A stretch of 64,000 nt of DNA, taken from positions 37,634,001-37,698,000 of the forward strand of contig NC_045699.1 in assembly GCF_009834535.1 (NCBI RefSeq), in the 5' to 3' direction. The notes beneath the pieces are model-generated. The model worked only from the letters and a program-made list of their open reading frames with translations, was not told the DNA's origin and made no database searches. Numbering within the stretch: position 1 is the stretch's first letter; each line of letters starts with the position of its first letter. Below are positions 1-12,575 of the stretch, piece after piece. Origin of the DNA: Camelus ferus (lineage: Eukaryota). The translations under genes and the position numbers were made by a program.

Positions 1-1204
1 ATACTGTATATAGAAAGTGCCTAGTATAGTGAGAGTCTTTACCATGCTCTTCTTCAAAGAGCAACTTTAAAAATAAGAGGAAGACTTGCAAAACAGAAAT
101 GAATAAGCTTTTGTCAAAGAAATTTAGTTCAATTTCTGTCTTTGCCATTAGGCATGTGAATTTGGTAAAACAGTATCTCACAGGCTTATCTTTTGAATGG
201 AGTTAATATCTATGTCAAAAAATTACTGTGATATTTAAGTGAGACAAAGACAGCTACATCATTTAACACAGTTCCCAACACAAAGTAAGTACATGTAACA
301 GGGTCTTATTGCATAGAAATGACATGATTAGAATTGTATTTTCAAATGATGATTCTGGCAGTAGTAAATCAGAAAAGAAGGTTTAGGACAAGGTGAACCC
401 AGACAAGATGCCACTTGTTTCTTAAATAAATGCTTATTAACACTTGTTAAATATGCCACGTAGGTTATTTGGATTCAACAATGAACAGCAGAGTCAAAGC
501 CTTGATCACCTCTTGCTCATGGCAATAGGAGGGTTAAGAATGAGGCTGAACTGTTTGTTATTTGACCTGGGTATGATAATGTAGAAAAGTGCTTTTCAAA
601 CATTTCCACTGAAATAACTGCAATGGCAAAGGAAACAATGCACAACCTCAAAAAATTACCATGAGGGATAAATCTAATAACATGTAAAATGTCTGGTACA
701 TAGCAGATTTTGTTTTGTTATTGCATTTAATGTTCTTGTTAAGAGTCATAAATTGTAGATACAAGGAACCCTGAATCGCATTTTCCCTTACTATTCTTAT
801 TTTCCATCCCCTGCGAGTCTATCACTGGCTCTCCAATTCTTTAACAATACACTTATCCTCTCAATTTTGCTCCTGGTCCTTTCCTGTTTTGCTAACAGTC
901 TGACTTTTTTTTCCCGTGTGATTTTGAGACCTCCTCATGTCATTCTCAGGTCATAGTCAGTATCATTGTCATGGTCACTTTCAGTTGCTGGAAAGATACC
1001 ACCCTTCCTAATGCAACTAAGACCTTCCATTTTAAACACACAATGAGCTGCCTGATGCTTAACAGATTTCCTTCAGTAAGTTAAGACGTTTATGCTTGGA
1101 GGAAGCAAGGGGTCCATGAAAACAATCACAATCAAGCTTCAAGTCAATTCCTCACTAGTTAGGGACCACATCAACATTTAATTATTTGCACTGATAACAC
1201 ACTG

Positions 1205-1680
1205 GTATTGTTTTTTAAGGTATTGTTTTACAGTACATGGTAAAAGGTCCCCCTCTGCTCCTGTCACCCAGCATCCATCTCCCTTCAGTGGTCAGGATGG
1301 GGAAGGGAGGTGTTCCCAATTCCTCCACAGCTTTTTCAGAGTATTTCATGCATGTAGGAGTAAACACAATATAAAATATTTTGTTTCACTTACTACATAT
1401 AGGATTGTTTCAACTTTGTTCATCATCTTGCTTTTTTCACATAATCATGTATCTTGAAGAGTACCTTCAAACATTTTTTTTTTACAACTGCATGTTTTTT
1501 AAATTAATTAACTAATTAATTTTTGGGATGGAGGCAATTAGGTTTATTCTTATTTATTTATTTTTTTTAACAGAGGTACTGGGGATTGAACCCAGGACCT
1601 CATGCATGCTAAGCACACACCCTGCCACGAGCTATACCCTCCCTGCCATAATGTTCTATTTTATGCATGAATCATAAATG
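1205..1680 (-). mobile_element. Old L1 (L1ME/L1MB-like) 3' end relic, interrupted by a SINE
   Basis: Antisense L1 3'-end-like wording (cttgcttttttcacataat...acaactgcat...aatgttctattttatgcatgaatcataa). Family from recall; boundaries approximate. Confidence 0.45.
1495..1643 (-). mobile_element. Camelid tRNA-Ala-derived SINE (Vic-1-like)
   Basis: Reverse complement reads GGGAGGGTATAGCTCGTGGCAGGGTGTGTGCTTAGCATGCATGAGGTCCTGGGTTCAATCCCCAGTACCTCTG, with a degenerate A box and B box GGTTCAATCCC. It is followed by an A-rich tail with the aataaacctaattgcctcc segment I recall for camelid SINEs. Confidence 0.88.
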
Positions 1681-1855
1681 TAAAAGTTAAGTTATATTTC
1701 ATTAAATTCGATTGGAAAAAATATTTGAAAGTTTTATCAATAATCATTTTGGGGTCCTAAGCTGCCAGGTGTCAGAGATGACAGCTCTAGGAAGAGAAAA
1801 TCTCTACGATCTCCTGAGCTCTACCAACTGGACAAGCAGTTCTGCTGATGTGGGG

Positions 1856-1870
1856 CAGCAGCAGCAGCAG
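1856..1870 (+). repeat. (CAG)5 microsatellite
   Basis: Direct reading; it gives the QQQQQ in the 1712-1918 ORF. Confidence 0.95.
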
Positions 1871-2914
1871 AAAAAAATCAGGCTAGTGTCAAACTCCAAC
1901 ACAGTAAAAAAAAACTGACTATGTTAAAATGCCAGTGGAATTGTCTATGCCTTTATGAAAAAGTATGTTTTCACCCAGAAATGACCATTAAGGGACATTG
2001 ATCTTTACAACATTAAGCACAAATGAATGAAAATAAAAAGCTACAAAATTTAACATGTATCTGATTTTTTTTTAAGTCAAATTCTTCAGGTATATCTTCT
2101 CAATACACAATGTGTGTTTCACTAGTGTGCGTTCTTAAGGTTTATGTTCTTCTGTGTTTATGCTTAAAAGACTACAAGGTAAGCCACAATGACTACTAAA
2201 ATTAGTCTCTATCACGCACACAACAAAACTTAGCTAGATATATTCACTTGCACTATTTAATTCAATTTTAAAATACACGCATTTCCTTTTTTATACTCCT
2301 GTGCATTGTTTTTCAAGGTTAATATTAAGCTAGATATATTAAGACCTATGGAAAGCCCCAAACCCACAAACTAAATAATTTTAACACTGCTAAACATAAA
2401 CCCATTTTCTATCTCTTAACTTTCTGGATCTCACAACAGGATAGTTTTTTTTCCCATTAATTTTTTGCCTCCAGCTTATCTTCAACCAAAATTCTCTTTT
2501 ACTTAATTATGTTTAAAGAATCCCTTTAGCACTAGGGACAAAAGCCCTTGGTTTCACACAAACCAAGTATTTTTCCCTGGGGCTTCTTTTAAAGAGAAAA
2601 AAGGGTTCAAATGTCTTTTAATGTTAATATTTAACTATTTTAAATTAGAAGTTATTTGAATAAATAAAAATTCATTTCTTCTCTGCCAATATTCAAACAA
2701 GAAGATGTTTACTGTATTTATACCAAATTGATTAAATGTAGGTGGGGTTGGGCTTTCTCATTTAGTTGAGCCATTACTTTGAGGAGCATGAATACAGCCA
2801 TGTTAGTACAATTTTCCTAGGTGGTTTCAGGAAAAATAGATCAATTTTCCTTAATCTCCTCACCATCAATACCCCTTACCACCAGCCCATATAACTAAAC
2901 ACATATGTACATGA

Positions 2915-2938
2915 ACACACACACACACACACACACAC
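2915..2938. repeat. (AC)12 microsatellite
   Basis: Direct reading. Confidence 0.95.
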
Positions 2939-3443
2939 TCCAGGGTGCCTTAATAAACTTTTACTGAATAAACAGCTGTGGGTAGAAGAGAAAATGCAAA
3001 TATAAGACACCTTCACATTAATTATATTGGAAAATACAATAGGCAAATTTGATAGCCCTTTTGTCTGTCTTGTAAACACTCTGTTCCAGGACACCCATGG
3101 AAAGAAGTGATATGGAAATGCATATTCAGATTGTTTGAGTAGTAGACAAAAAAACCATAGAGATTCACCAGAAATAAAAACCAAACAGAAACAGTAAAAA
3201 AAAAAAAAGTTTAAAGGACTTTATTTTTCAGGAGACAGGTTGTAAGATTCTTTCACGTAGCTTTCCAAACATACACATTAACTCCAGAAAGTTTGAGCAG
3301 ATAGCTTTGGTAGAGAGAGAGAACAGACTAGACCCAGGATTTGAAGATGGGATTTAAACATTGGTGTTAGCACTCAAACGCCATCTAAAATCCATGAACC
3401 GTTTTCATCTTTGGTTTTCTTACCAGTAAGAACTAGAACAAAG

Positions 3444-3632
3444 CAATGGTTTTCAAAGTGGTTCAAGAGCTCTCCTGAGCAGGCAGGTTTGAGATTTCCT
3501 ACCTCTACAACAACTAATATATCAAGCTCTTTTTCTTAAAACAAAACAAAACAAAACAAAACTTTACATATTTGCCTTTAAATAAGAGTCCAGTTGAATA
3601 AAGAATCTAGTCGAGTGAGTTGGAAAATCACC
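3444..3632. mobile_element. Possible hAT-Charlie-type MITE relic
   Basis: Ends resemble Charlie-type TIRs (caatggttttcaaa ... ttggaaaatcacc); internal (AAAAC)n. Subfamily not assigned. Confidence 0.35.
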
Positions 3633-3899
3633 AAACTAGATAAAGCCTCCTTCACCTATAGAGCTAAATGTTCTCTAGTTCTCTGATCAGGCAAACTCAT
3701 GGTTATGTTCAAAGCAACATTTTGGTTTACAAGTTGGGAAAGAGTGAAATGACTGAGTGAAGCTGAGGCCAGGGAACTTGGGAACTTCAGCCAAATTACT
3801 GGCATCATTTTTCCTCTCCCCCACTTTGTTATCCTAATGAGTTTATAAACTGTGAACCTTCATAAGATGTGTATCAAATTCCTCATTAAAATCCTTCAG

Positions 3900-4415
3900 A
3901 AACTACTGGTTACTCTTTGGTAAAATTTACATACCTAGCAAAAAGACATTTTGTGACCTGGGTCCTGAGGCCTGCCCCTCTCACCTTAGTATCCATCAAG
4001 CCCCACAAAAGCCCCGCTCCCCAGCCTGCACAAGCTACTGTACTTTCAGTTCCTGGAACTCACCACGCCTTTTACTCATCTTCACACCTCTGTATATGCA
4101 TATGCTTCTTCCTAAACAGCCCACTTCCCTGATTCTTCCCTTTTATTAATCAAGAAAGTTTCACCCTGACTCAGTTAAGGTTTTGTTGCTTTCAGAAAAC
4201 ATCTTCTAAGCCTCTTCCCACAGGCCGGATTAGATGTCTCTCAAAGTGGTGATCATCCAATCTGAATCTACCCGGCAGAGTGCTTCCCCTTCTGAACTGT
4301 GATTTTGCTAAAAATGTCTTTCTCTACTACTATGCTGAGACCCTTCAAGAAAAGAGACTATGACTTTTATCTCTTCCATGACACAGAAATATAGTAGGTG
4401 ATTGTTAAATGTTCC
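3900..4415 (+). mobile_element. L2 LINE 3' fragment
   Basis: Pyrimidine-rich L2-like body ending in a degenerate L2 terminus (acacagaaatatagtaggtgattgttaaatgtt). Confidence 0.55.
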
Positions 4416-6161
4416 CAGTTCAAAGAAAAGAAGAAATAGTTAAGGATAACATATTCTGAAAATATTGTACTAAGATCAGTTGGCCAAAGATTAAATGCTT
4501 TGTCATTCTTTTTATATTCACACCCCACTAACTGCAGTAATTTTCATCTGGAACATAACCATACATCCATCAATTCTAGGACACATATCTTTTTAAAATT
4601 TTAATATTTCTAATATCTGGATGTAATATACCATTAGTAATACTGATTGTCATCGTCTGTCTTTCAGTAAAAATAAAAATGACTACATCATAACTTGCAG
4701 AGTAAGTGTCAGTGGCCTGGAAGAAAATCTCAGAGGCAACTGTGAAGAATTATTTTATACCCTAGAAATCAGACAGTTGGAGGGAAGGGTTGGAAATGGT
4801 TGAATCAGAGGTGTTTGTCATTACTGTTGAATCAAAAGTAGCCCAGCTTTAGATAACTACAAAGCTGGGTTAAGAGTCCTGCCTTGGTGGCATTGAGTTC
4901 TTTTTTAAATATTTCAAAAAATGTCCTTGATAGGACAGAAGACTATATTGTATGGGGAAAAGAGTGAACAGCAGTATTCTCAACTGAAAAGGGATTCTAA
5001 ACGTATATAAGTTAAATCTCTTAACCAACTTCTTTTGCTCCCCTCTTTTACATATGCTCAAAATAAATACTTACGTCTAATTAAATGCAAAATGGTTCCT
5101 TCAATAAGTACGAAGTAAAAATTCTAAGTTATAAGAAGGTACTGTATAAAGTTTAATTAGTGGCGTTTTTCCTTTGTTAGTGGTATATGAAATAATGTGG
5201 GATTTCCAATCAGTGGTATTTTAGATTAAATTTTGTGGAGTCAAATATGGGACCAGGCAAGAAGTCAAAATCTAAAATTTGGGCACTTTTGCTATTTAAG
5301 TGATTTGGTTCACAGCTTGAGTTTATTTAAAGTTATCCTATACTTTGTTAAATCACTTTTTTCTAGTTCCTTATATTTAAATTAAATGATCAGTGAGACT
5401 GGATAGCTCATGTATTTTTTTTTTTTTACCACTCAAAGAGATTGTTAGAGATAACATGTTGTATTTTTACCAACATTTGAAGTTGTAGTGTAGGAATAAA
5501 TATGCCAAAGTGGAGAGTTTATTAGGCCCTAGCATGAAACAGAACACTTGCATTTCAGTTATTAGTATTTCAAATCAATATACCTATCCACATATCAAAT
5601 TCACTTTACTTATCCAAATCTGCTTTCATTTCCCGACCACCAATTGATAAAAATCCATTTTCTGTAGCCTTTTAATGCCCTGGTTTGTTTTCCTTTCAGA
5701 ACAGGGATAATTCACTGGCAGTGAAGAACTGGGATAGAAATCGTGGTGCGTTTCTCCTAAACATATGCTGCATGTGGCACAGCACTTCAGGGGGATATAT
5801 TAAGTGGCTGGTTCGTGCCATGTTTTCTTTAAATAAAATGGAAAAATTGCTTTCTTTCAGGTATAAAGGATTCAGAATAGATTTTTAAAGAAAAATAACA
5901 ATGTATGTAAAATTTACTTGACAAATACATTTTAACCTATATATCACTGCTGTCTTGGCCCTTTCATCCTTAGACCTATATGATTAATAACTCAAAGTTT
6001 GCATTAGGATTAATGTTGCTGAAAATATTTCTGAATACTGTAAATAAAAATGTTAGAGTTCCCCAATGTTGGTACACTTTATTATCAGAAGGTATGGCAA
6101 ATAAAGTAATTGCTAGAATAGCTAAAAATCATAATCAAGATCAAAGAAAGTCTCAGTGATC

Positions 6162-6222
6162 GTGTGTGTGTGTATGTGAGAGAGAGAGAGAGAAGCGGGG
6201 GGAGAGGGAGAGAGAGAGAGAG
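6162..6222. repeat. Compound (TG)n/(AG)n microsatellite
   Basis: Direct reading. Confidence 0.95.
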
Positions 6223-6839
6223 GCTTTACAGGAGGAAAGGTAGTCCATCTTCAATGTGAACCTAATTATCCTGAGCTGATTCTTTAGTGAGGTCATCAGT
6301 GGACCAATTTTGCAGCCAGGAAATGGCCTTTCTTTCATGGAGACTGACTCTCCTCCCTCCCATCACTCCCTCCTTGTACCACTGTTACCTTTCAGGTTGC
6401 ATTCACACACTAACCCCAAACATCTTATTTAACTTCACACAGAGAAAGGATTTGATTAAGTTTAAGGATGTAAGATCTGTGTTTTCCTCATTTTTACTGT
6501 ATTTCACATCCACTGTTTTCACTGCTAAAATTTTGACATTTGTTATGTTTTGGATACATTCTGTTCTTATTAATAGGAAACATCACTTAGATTATTTTGA
6601 TTACTGCAGGAAGGACAGAATGTCCCCCAATGCTTCTTTTGAAAAATTTACATACGCACATACACACACACACACAACATGTGAGTTGTCTCAAAAGTGC
6701 ATCATGGATCTCTTTTGAATGATGAAAGAAATAGTAAATCAAAAGTGCTTGAATCCTACTATCTGACTTTTATTCCACAAAATCAGTCTACAAGAATAAA
6801 CTTCTTTATTTAAGATGATTAATCTGAGTTAACACTTGG

Positions 6840-7030
6840 TGGTATTTACAATGTAAATACCAGACACCATTCTGAGTTGTTTGTATGTTAAATTATTTGA
6901 TGCTGACAGCACATCTATTTTATATTCAAGGAAACGAAGATGTTGGAAAGCGTAAAGTTAACACGTAGAAACCCTGAGATTTGAACACGGCTAGCCTGGC
7001 GTGGAGCCCTCGCTGTTTTATGCACTGTAT
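6840..7030 (-). mobile_element. MIR SINE relic
   Basis: Antisense MIR-like segments (aaggaaacgaagatgtt; gagatttgaacacggctagcctggc). Confidence 0.55.
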
Positions 7031-8214
7031 TACAGGGCATCTTAGCTATGCTATACTGGGTCTCAACTTGTTATTTGGCTTTCACCCAATTACTAAATGT
7101 CTCCTGTTCTGCATCTTTATCTCTGCAAATATGAAAGTTAAACTAGGTACTTCCTAAGGATCTTTCCACCTTCCAGTAGAAAATCTGAGTACTCAATAGC
7201 TCAGGAAAAGAAACGCATATGTTTGAGGAAAGATACAGTTGCCTCATCATAGATTTTTCAAATAGGCATTAAGCAATGGAATAATTATATACTGACTGGC
7301 TTCTAAAGGCTTGGCCAGATATAGATGAATAGGAATAGTACAGGCTTCTAAACTCTAAGAACAATTATTCCAATATATGGCAGACAATTAAAATACAGTA
7401 TTAGAAGTTACTTCCCAGGCATAAGCACTAAGCACACTGGGAATACCCAGGGGTGGTCACTCAAACTTCGGGGGCCAATGCATTTATTTTCTTTGTTCTG
7501 ACTTCAGGGTGTGTACTTGCCCTGCGTGACCATGTTCTTGACTCCATTTTTAAAGTGTAAAGTGTGGTGACTCGAAACAATGATTATATATTTGAATAAA
7601 TTAAGCTACATCCAAACCTAACAATCTATGATTTTATTTCATAGTCAAGGAAGAGCGGAACACTAAGTGTATGGGAAACAAATGTGAACATTATTTTTCT
7701 TACATTGTCACATTTTTATTGGAGAACCCAATAATTTTTGTGTTTCAGATGGAGGCCTTAATTTATTACAGCTATTACTGTAAGAACTAGAAAATTCTTG
7801 GATCTAATGTATATGTGTGAAAGTAACATAATGATAGGGCTTACAAAACACAGGATTTAAAAGTCCTATTGCATTTAGTACTTTTGGTACTAATATAAAT
7901 TCTCTAAGATAGGTAATACTAAGATTTGAGGTGACAACTTAACAATGCTCTTATTTCTGCCTTTATTTTGTACCAATTGCGAAGTAGAATAGTGATCAAG
8001 AAGACAGAGAGAAAAATGCCAGCATTATCATTAACGGCGATTTTGGACACTATAGCGTATGTGGATGGAAATGATGAGTTGTGTGGTTTTCAGAGATGTT
8101 ATTGAAGAGTTCAAGCATCAGATGAGAATGTAGATGACACATCTTTAATACATCTTCCAACCATATGAATGAGTGATTCCAAGCCCAGTATGTTCACCAG
8201 ATTATTTGATATTC

Positions 8215-8700
8215 TTCATATTCATTAATAAATTAGCATGATTTTATTGAACACTTGGGCACTTAGTAAAATGAAAGATAATGAAAGAATACATAAACAA
8301 TCAATGAAATACCTAAAATTTTCAGCATAAATATAATCCCTACTATCAAGTGGTTTTCATTTAGGTTGTAGAGAGGAAGATACTAAACAAATAATTAAAA
8401 ATATTAGCCTTATTCAAGGCTGACTTGAGGTACAAAAGAATATTAGTGCAGAGAGAAACTATGGTGGACTGCCGTCAAGGGAGAAGCCTCCTGCTGGGTA
8501 AGAGTTCTGATTTAAGGGCTATTGGAGGTCTGAGAGGGAAAAATAAAATACTCAACAGAATAAGGGGACAAGTGCACAGATGTACATGTAGTATGTGCTC
8601 AATGTGTACTTGGTGAATGAGTCAGGTGATACTTGCAAAGGAGAGGAAATCATTTAAAGCCAGAACAGAGCATCCAGGGTGAGGACAAAGAGAAGTGACC
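8215..8700 (-). mobile_element. L2 LINE relic
   Basis: Begins with an antisense L2 terminus (ttcatattcattaataa...ttattgaacac) followed by a purine-rich L2-like body. Boundaries approximate. Confidence 0.45.
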
Positions 8701-10397
8701 TGGACTATGTGAGATGAAAATGAATTTACAGGTGCTTAAGTGGCAGAAGGAGAAAAACCCCTTGTGTTCCTGAATAAGATCTTACATTTTCATTAAAAAT
8801 GATTTAACAATATTATCCCAGAGGGGAGACACCAGAGATGGAATAAACAATGAAAAGACTATAACAGGAATGAGGATGAAATAATGAGGACCTAGAGTAG
8901 AAGGGAAGCGGCATAGTGGAAAGGAATGGGTAAGTCTGGGAGACACTTCACAGGGCCACGAGACTCTACAAAGGGTAGAGTAGCCTATGCTTGTAGAATT
9001 AGGTTTAACTAGAAAGTCTTCTTTAAGACCCAAGTCCTAAGCTCTGGGGAAAACAGATAATGTGTGAATTTATAAGAAAGCTAGAGATGCAGTTCTGGAT
9101 ATTTTTTCTGAGTTGTGAAAATCATTTTTAGAGGGAGAGAGAAAGAGAGTTCTCTGGCCCAGGATCAGGACTTATTTATTTCCTGTCTCCTTTTTGCTTC
9201 CAACTAGTTTTAATAGTACGAATTCAATTATAACCAAGGAGGGAAAGAGAGACATGCAGTGTGCCTGCATCCAGATTGAAAAGGGATCAGAGGCTCTAGG
9301 ATTAACAGAAGGTTCTAATTGGCTTTTCAAAGTGTATAAAAGACTGAGGTACATGCTCTTTGCAAACTGGGATGCCTATAATTAGTCAAAAGGATGGTTA
9401 GACTCTTTCATTGGAAGAAAAAATGTGGCAAGTAATAAACTGTCTTTTCATTTTAACTTAAATGAAGCAAACGTAAGTGGTACCTGATCATTTATAATTC
9501 TTTGTAAGTACCTCCTTATCACCACATTACATTGTTCCCCATCATGTAGTTATAGTTATGATAGTTATAGTTATGATGCCAAGCTATGTTATCACCACAT
9601 ATATCTGACCCAACATAGTCACATTGGATCTGAGTTTTTTTAAGTCTGCTAAAAATACATTGTAAGGTACTACCTCCTTTCCTAAGTGCAATCTGCTTGT
9701 GTTTGCAAAGGAAGGATTCTCTTATTCTTAAGTAATCTTCACAAGTGCCATACAATTTAGCATAATTCTCAGAGACAAAGGGAATGCACCTGCAAAACCA
9801 TCAGCTTTAAAATAAGAGAGATGATGCTGGATTTCAACACCATGCAATTTTGTTACATCTATGCTGCTTGTATTAAATTAATTAGTTTGAGCCTGAAACA
9901 CTTAATTCGTTCACTCATTCACAATTGCTTGAGTAAAGTTTTAGCTAACTTGTTAAAATGTGATGTAATAGCTAGCTGTGCCAATGATTTTAATATTTTA
10001 AATTTTTATTAACAAAGTTTAAAACTGGAGAAAAGGATTTGCAGTGCATCTTTCTATTTTTACATCTGCCTACTGATTAAATTATGCTAATAAGACTATA
10101 GCTCCTGTAAAATCAGCACTGGGCATCATTTTGCAATAAATGGAAACAAAAGTCTATCAATTTGGCACTTGTCAATTTGTGTTCTCATAAACAACAATAA
10201 CAACAACAAGGAGTAGGAAGAGCAAAGGTGAAAAATTTGCGATTTCAAAATTGTCTTCGTCGAGGTGTTATTTTGGAGCTCATTGGTAAGGTCAGCTGAT
10301 GCAGGATTTCAAAGGCAATTAGAGTAAATCAAACTGCAGAACATCCCCCTGGGCTGGTTTGAAGATACCTCTGAAAGTTGCTCTTTTTTCCCCCTAA

Positions 10398-10741
10398 NNN
10401 NNNNNNNNNNNNNNNNNNNNNNNNNNNNNNNNNNNNNNNNNNNNNNNNNNNNNNNNNNNNNNNNNNNNNNNNNNNNNNNNNNNNNNNNNNNNNNNNNNNN
10501 NNNNNNNNNNNNNNNNNNNNNNNNNNNNNNNNNNNNNNNNNNNNNNNNNNNNNNNNNNNNNNNNNNNNNNNNNNNNNNNNNNNNNNNNNNNNNNNNNNNN
10601 NNNNNNNNNNNNNNNNNNNNNNNNNNNNNNNNNNNNNNNNNNNNNNNNNNNNNNNNNNNNNNNNNNNNNNNNNNNNNNNNNNNNNNNNNNNNNNNNNNNN
10701 NNNNNNNNNNNNNNNNNNNNNNNNNNNNNNNNNNNNNNNNN
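10398..10741. other. Assembly gap (344 N)
   Basis: Run of N. Confidence 1.
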
Positions 10742-11699
10742 AAAACGAAAGATAGTTACCCTCCAAAGAAGGACAGAGGCAGCCCAGCAAACTTCACAAG
10801 ACATTTTTTTTTGAAACTGGCTCAGACTAATTTTCCAGAGAAATATCAGTCTTCATTTTTATTAAATTTTGTCCACATTACTTTACCCATTTCCTTTTTT
10901 TTCCCCCTCATCCTGACTCATCTTCTTCACAAATGATTCTTTTCTCTACCTCCCTTACTGGACCTATAATTAATATTTTAAATAAACTTTAACATGAGGT
11001 GTATTATGAAAATTGAACAAACCAAATGGAGGAGAAATGGATGTCTGGCACTTGTGTATTTAGAATCCACTGGTGCCAAAGGGGCTCAGACATAACCTAA
11101 TGTTTAAATAATGGAAGTTGTTGCCATTTGTTAATTGAAGAGTGGTCCACACATCTAACTACCAAAGTAGATACCAATAGTGTACAAACACAGAAAAGGC
11201 CAAGTTCCTTCAGTTCCATATCAAATCATGAATTCTCCCCAGCATGAGACTGTACTTTTTCTCCGCAATACAAAGAAATTATGTTTGCACTTTACTGTGA
11301 AGAAGTAACACTGGACTGCCCATTTTAAATCAGTTGTTAGTGTAGCAAAGGCTGTAATATAAATTGCACTTCCAATCAGCATTTCAAAATACCTAACCTG
11401 TGTAAAATAAAAGATATACAAACCAATGAATCATTCCTTGCCATTCAATACAATCAACCAAATGCTCTCCATAGAGAAAGAGGCATAAGGATACAGGTGT
11501 GGGTAGAATCTAGTCGTCAGTAATAATCATTTTCTGTTATTAAGGTTTATACTACTGGTGACACAATTGAGAAGTAATTCCATTTTAAAAGAAGAATCTG
11601 AAGAGGAAAGATGAGAAAAGAAACTATGCCAACAATCCAGTGATAATGAGGCTAGCTAAAACTATTAAGACAATATAGGTACTGTTTACTATGTATGGA

Positions 11700-11960
11700 C
11701 ATAAGCATCCACAGTAGGAGTTGAACAACACAGAGGGATAGCGGTTACCTCATGCAACAAAGGAGAGAAGAAAGCCAATGGGATCAGAAGGGGTTGGAAA
11801 GGGGACTCCTCTTATATCTGTGTTGTTTTATTTTCAGAAAACAATTAGGACATGTTACATTTGTAAATCCTAATGGTAGCTACATATGTATTTGTTAAGT
11901 TTTTTTCCTGAACTTTTCTGTAGATTTGAAATATTTCATAATTAAATATATCAAATGTTA
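11700..11960 (+). mobile_element. Old L1M 3' end fragment
   Basis: L1ME-like 3' wording (gatagcggttacctc; aacttttctgtagatttgaaatatttcataat). Confidence 0.45.
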
Positions 11961-12279
11961 AATTTATTATAGTTTATACAATAATTACTCTAAGTTGAAA
12001 AAATAAAATGCTGGTAAACCATTAGCTTAGGGAAATGCTCTACATTTATTTCATTTCCTTGACTGATTTGACATTTAACTTTTTTCATGGTAAAGATTGA
12101 AAAATACGGTGTTGAAAAGTTTTAAGTTGAAAACACTTGTTTTTTTCAATGATCAGTTTGCCCTGAAATTGTACATTTATTTCTGTATATAATCTGTCTT
12201 TATAGGGATACACAGAGTAATTTTCCAGGCTCATATTGGAGTTTTGATATTATATTATTATATAATAAAAATGTTTACA

Positions 12280-12575
12280 AAACTAGACATGTGTAGCTTG
12301 GATGAGAAAATGTAATTTTAATGGGATATCATGTCCCTAAAATCTGTCATGAAATATGAAATATGTGAGGCTTTGACATGTGGAGGAGTAGAGTAACTTT
12401 AAGTAAATCTTAAGTATAAAATTAACACCAATTGGGGAAGTTACAATCAGAAATACCTTAGTTCCTGGATGAAGCCATAAGATCATTCCAGTTACACAAT
12501 AATAAGATATTTTGCCTTATGAATTAGTGAGTTGTTTAAAGTGTGTATACTTTACATTCTAAGAGTCTATGAATC
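12280..12575 (+). mobile_element. CR1/L3 LINE 3' relic
   Basis: Degenerate L3-like segments (accaattggggaagttaca; gccttatgaattagtgagt; ttctaagagtctatga). Confidence 0.45.

Noticed and set aside
1572-1643. tRNA-Ala gene
   Set aside because: Degenerate A box and stems plus an A-rich SINE tail; it is a SINE head, not a functional tRNA.
4627-4852. Stop-free frame of about 74 codons with an acidic, protein-like look (…GLEENLRGNCEELFYTLEIRQLEEGLE…)
   Set aside because: No recognisable homology, and open frames of this length are common in the track.
6287-6718. 143-aa ORF, the longest gap-free ORF
   Set aside because: No recognisable domain; T-rich hydrophobic bias; includes a (CA)n-derived HTHTHT run.
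10329-10804. ORF-track entries of 125-153 aa
   Set aside because: Artefacts of the N gap (X runs).
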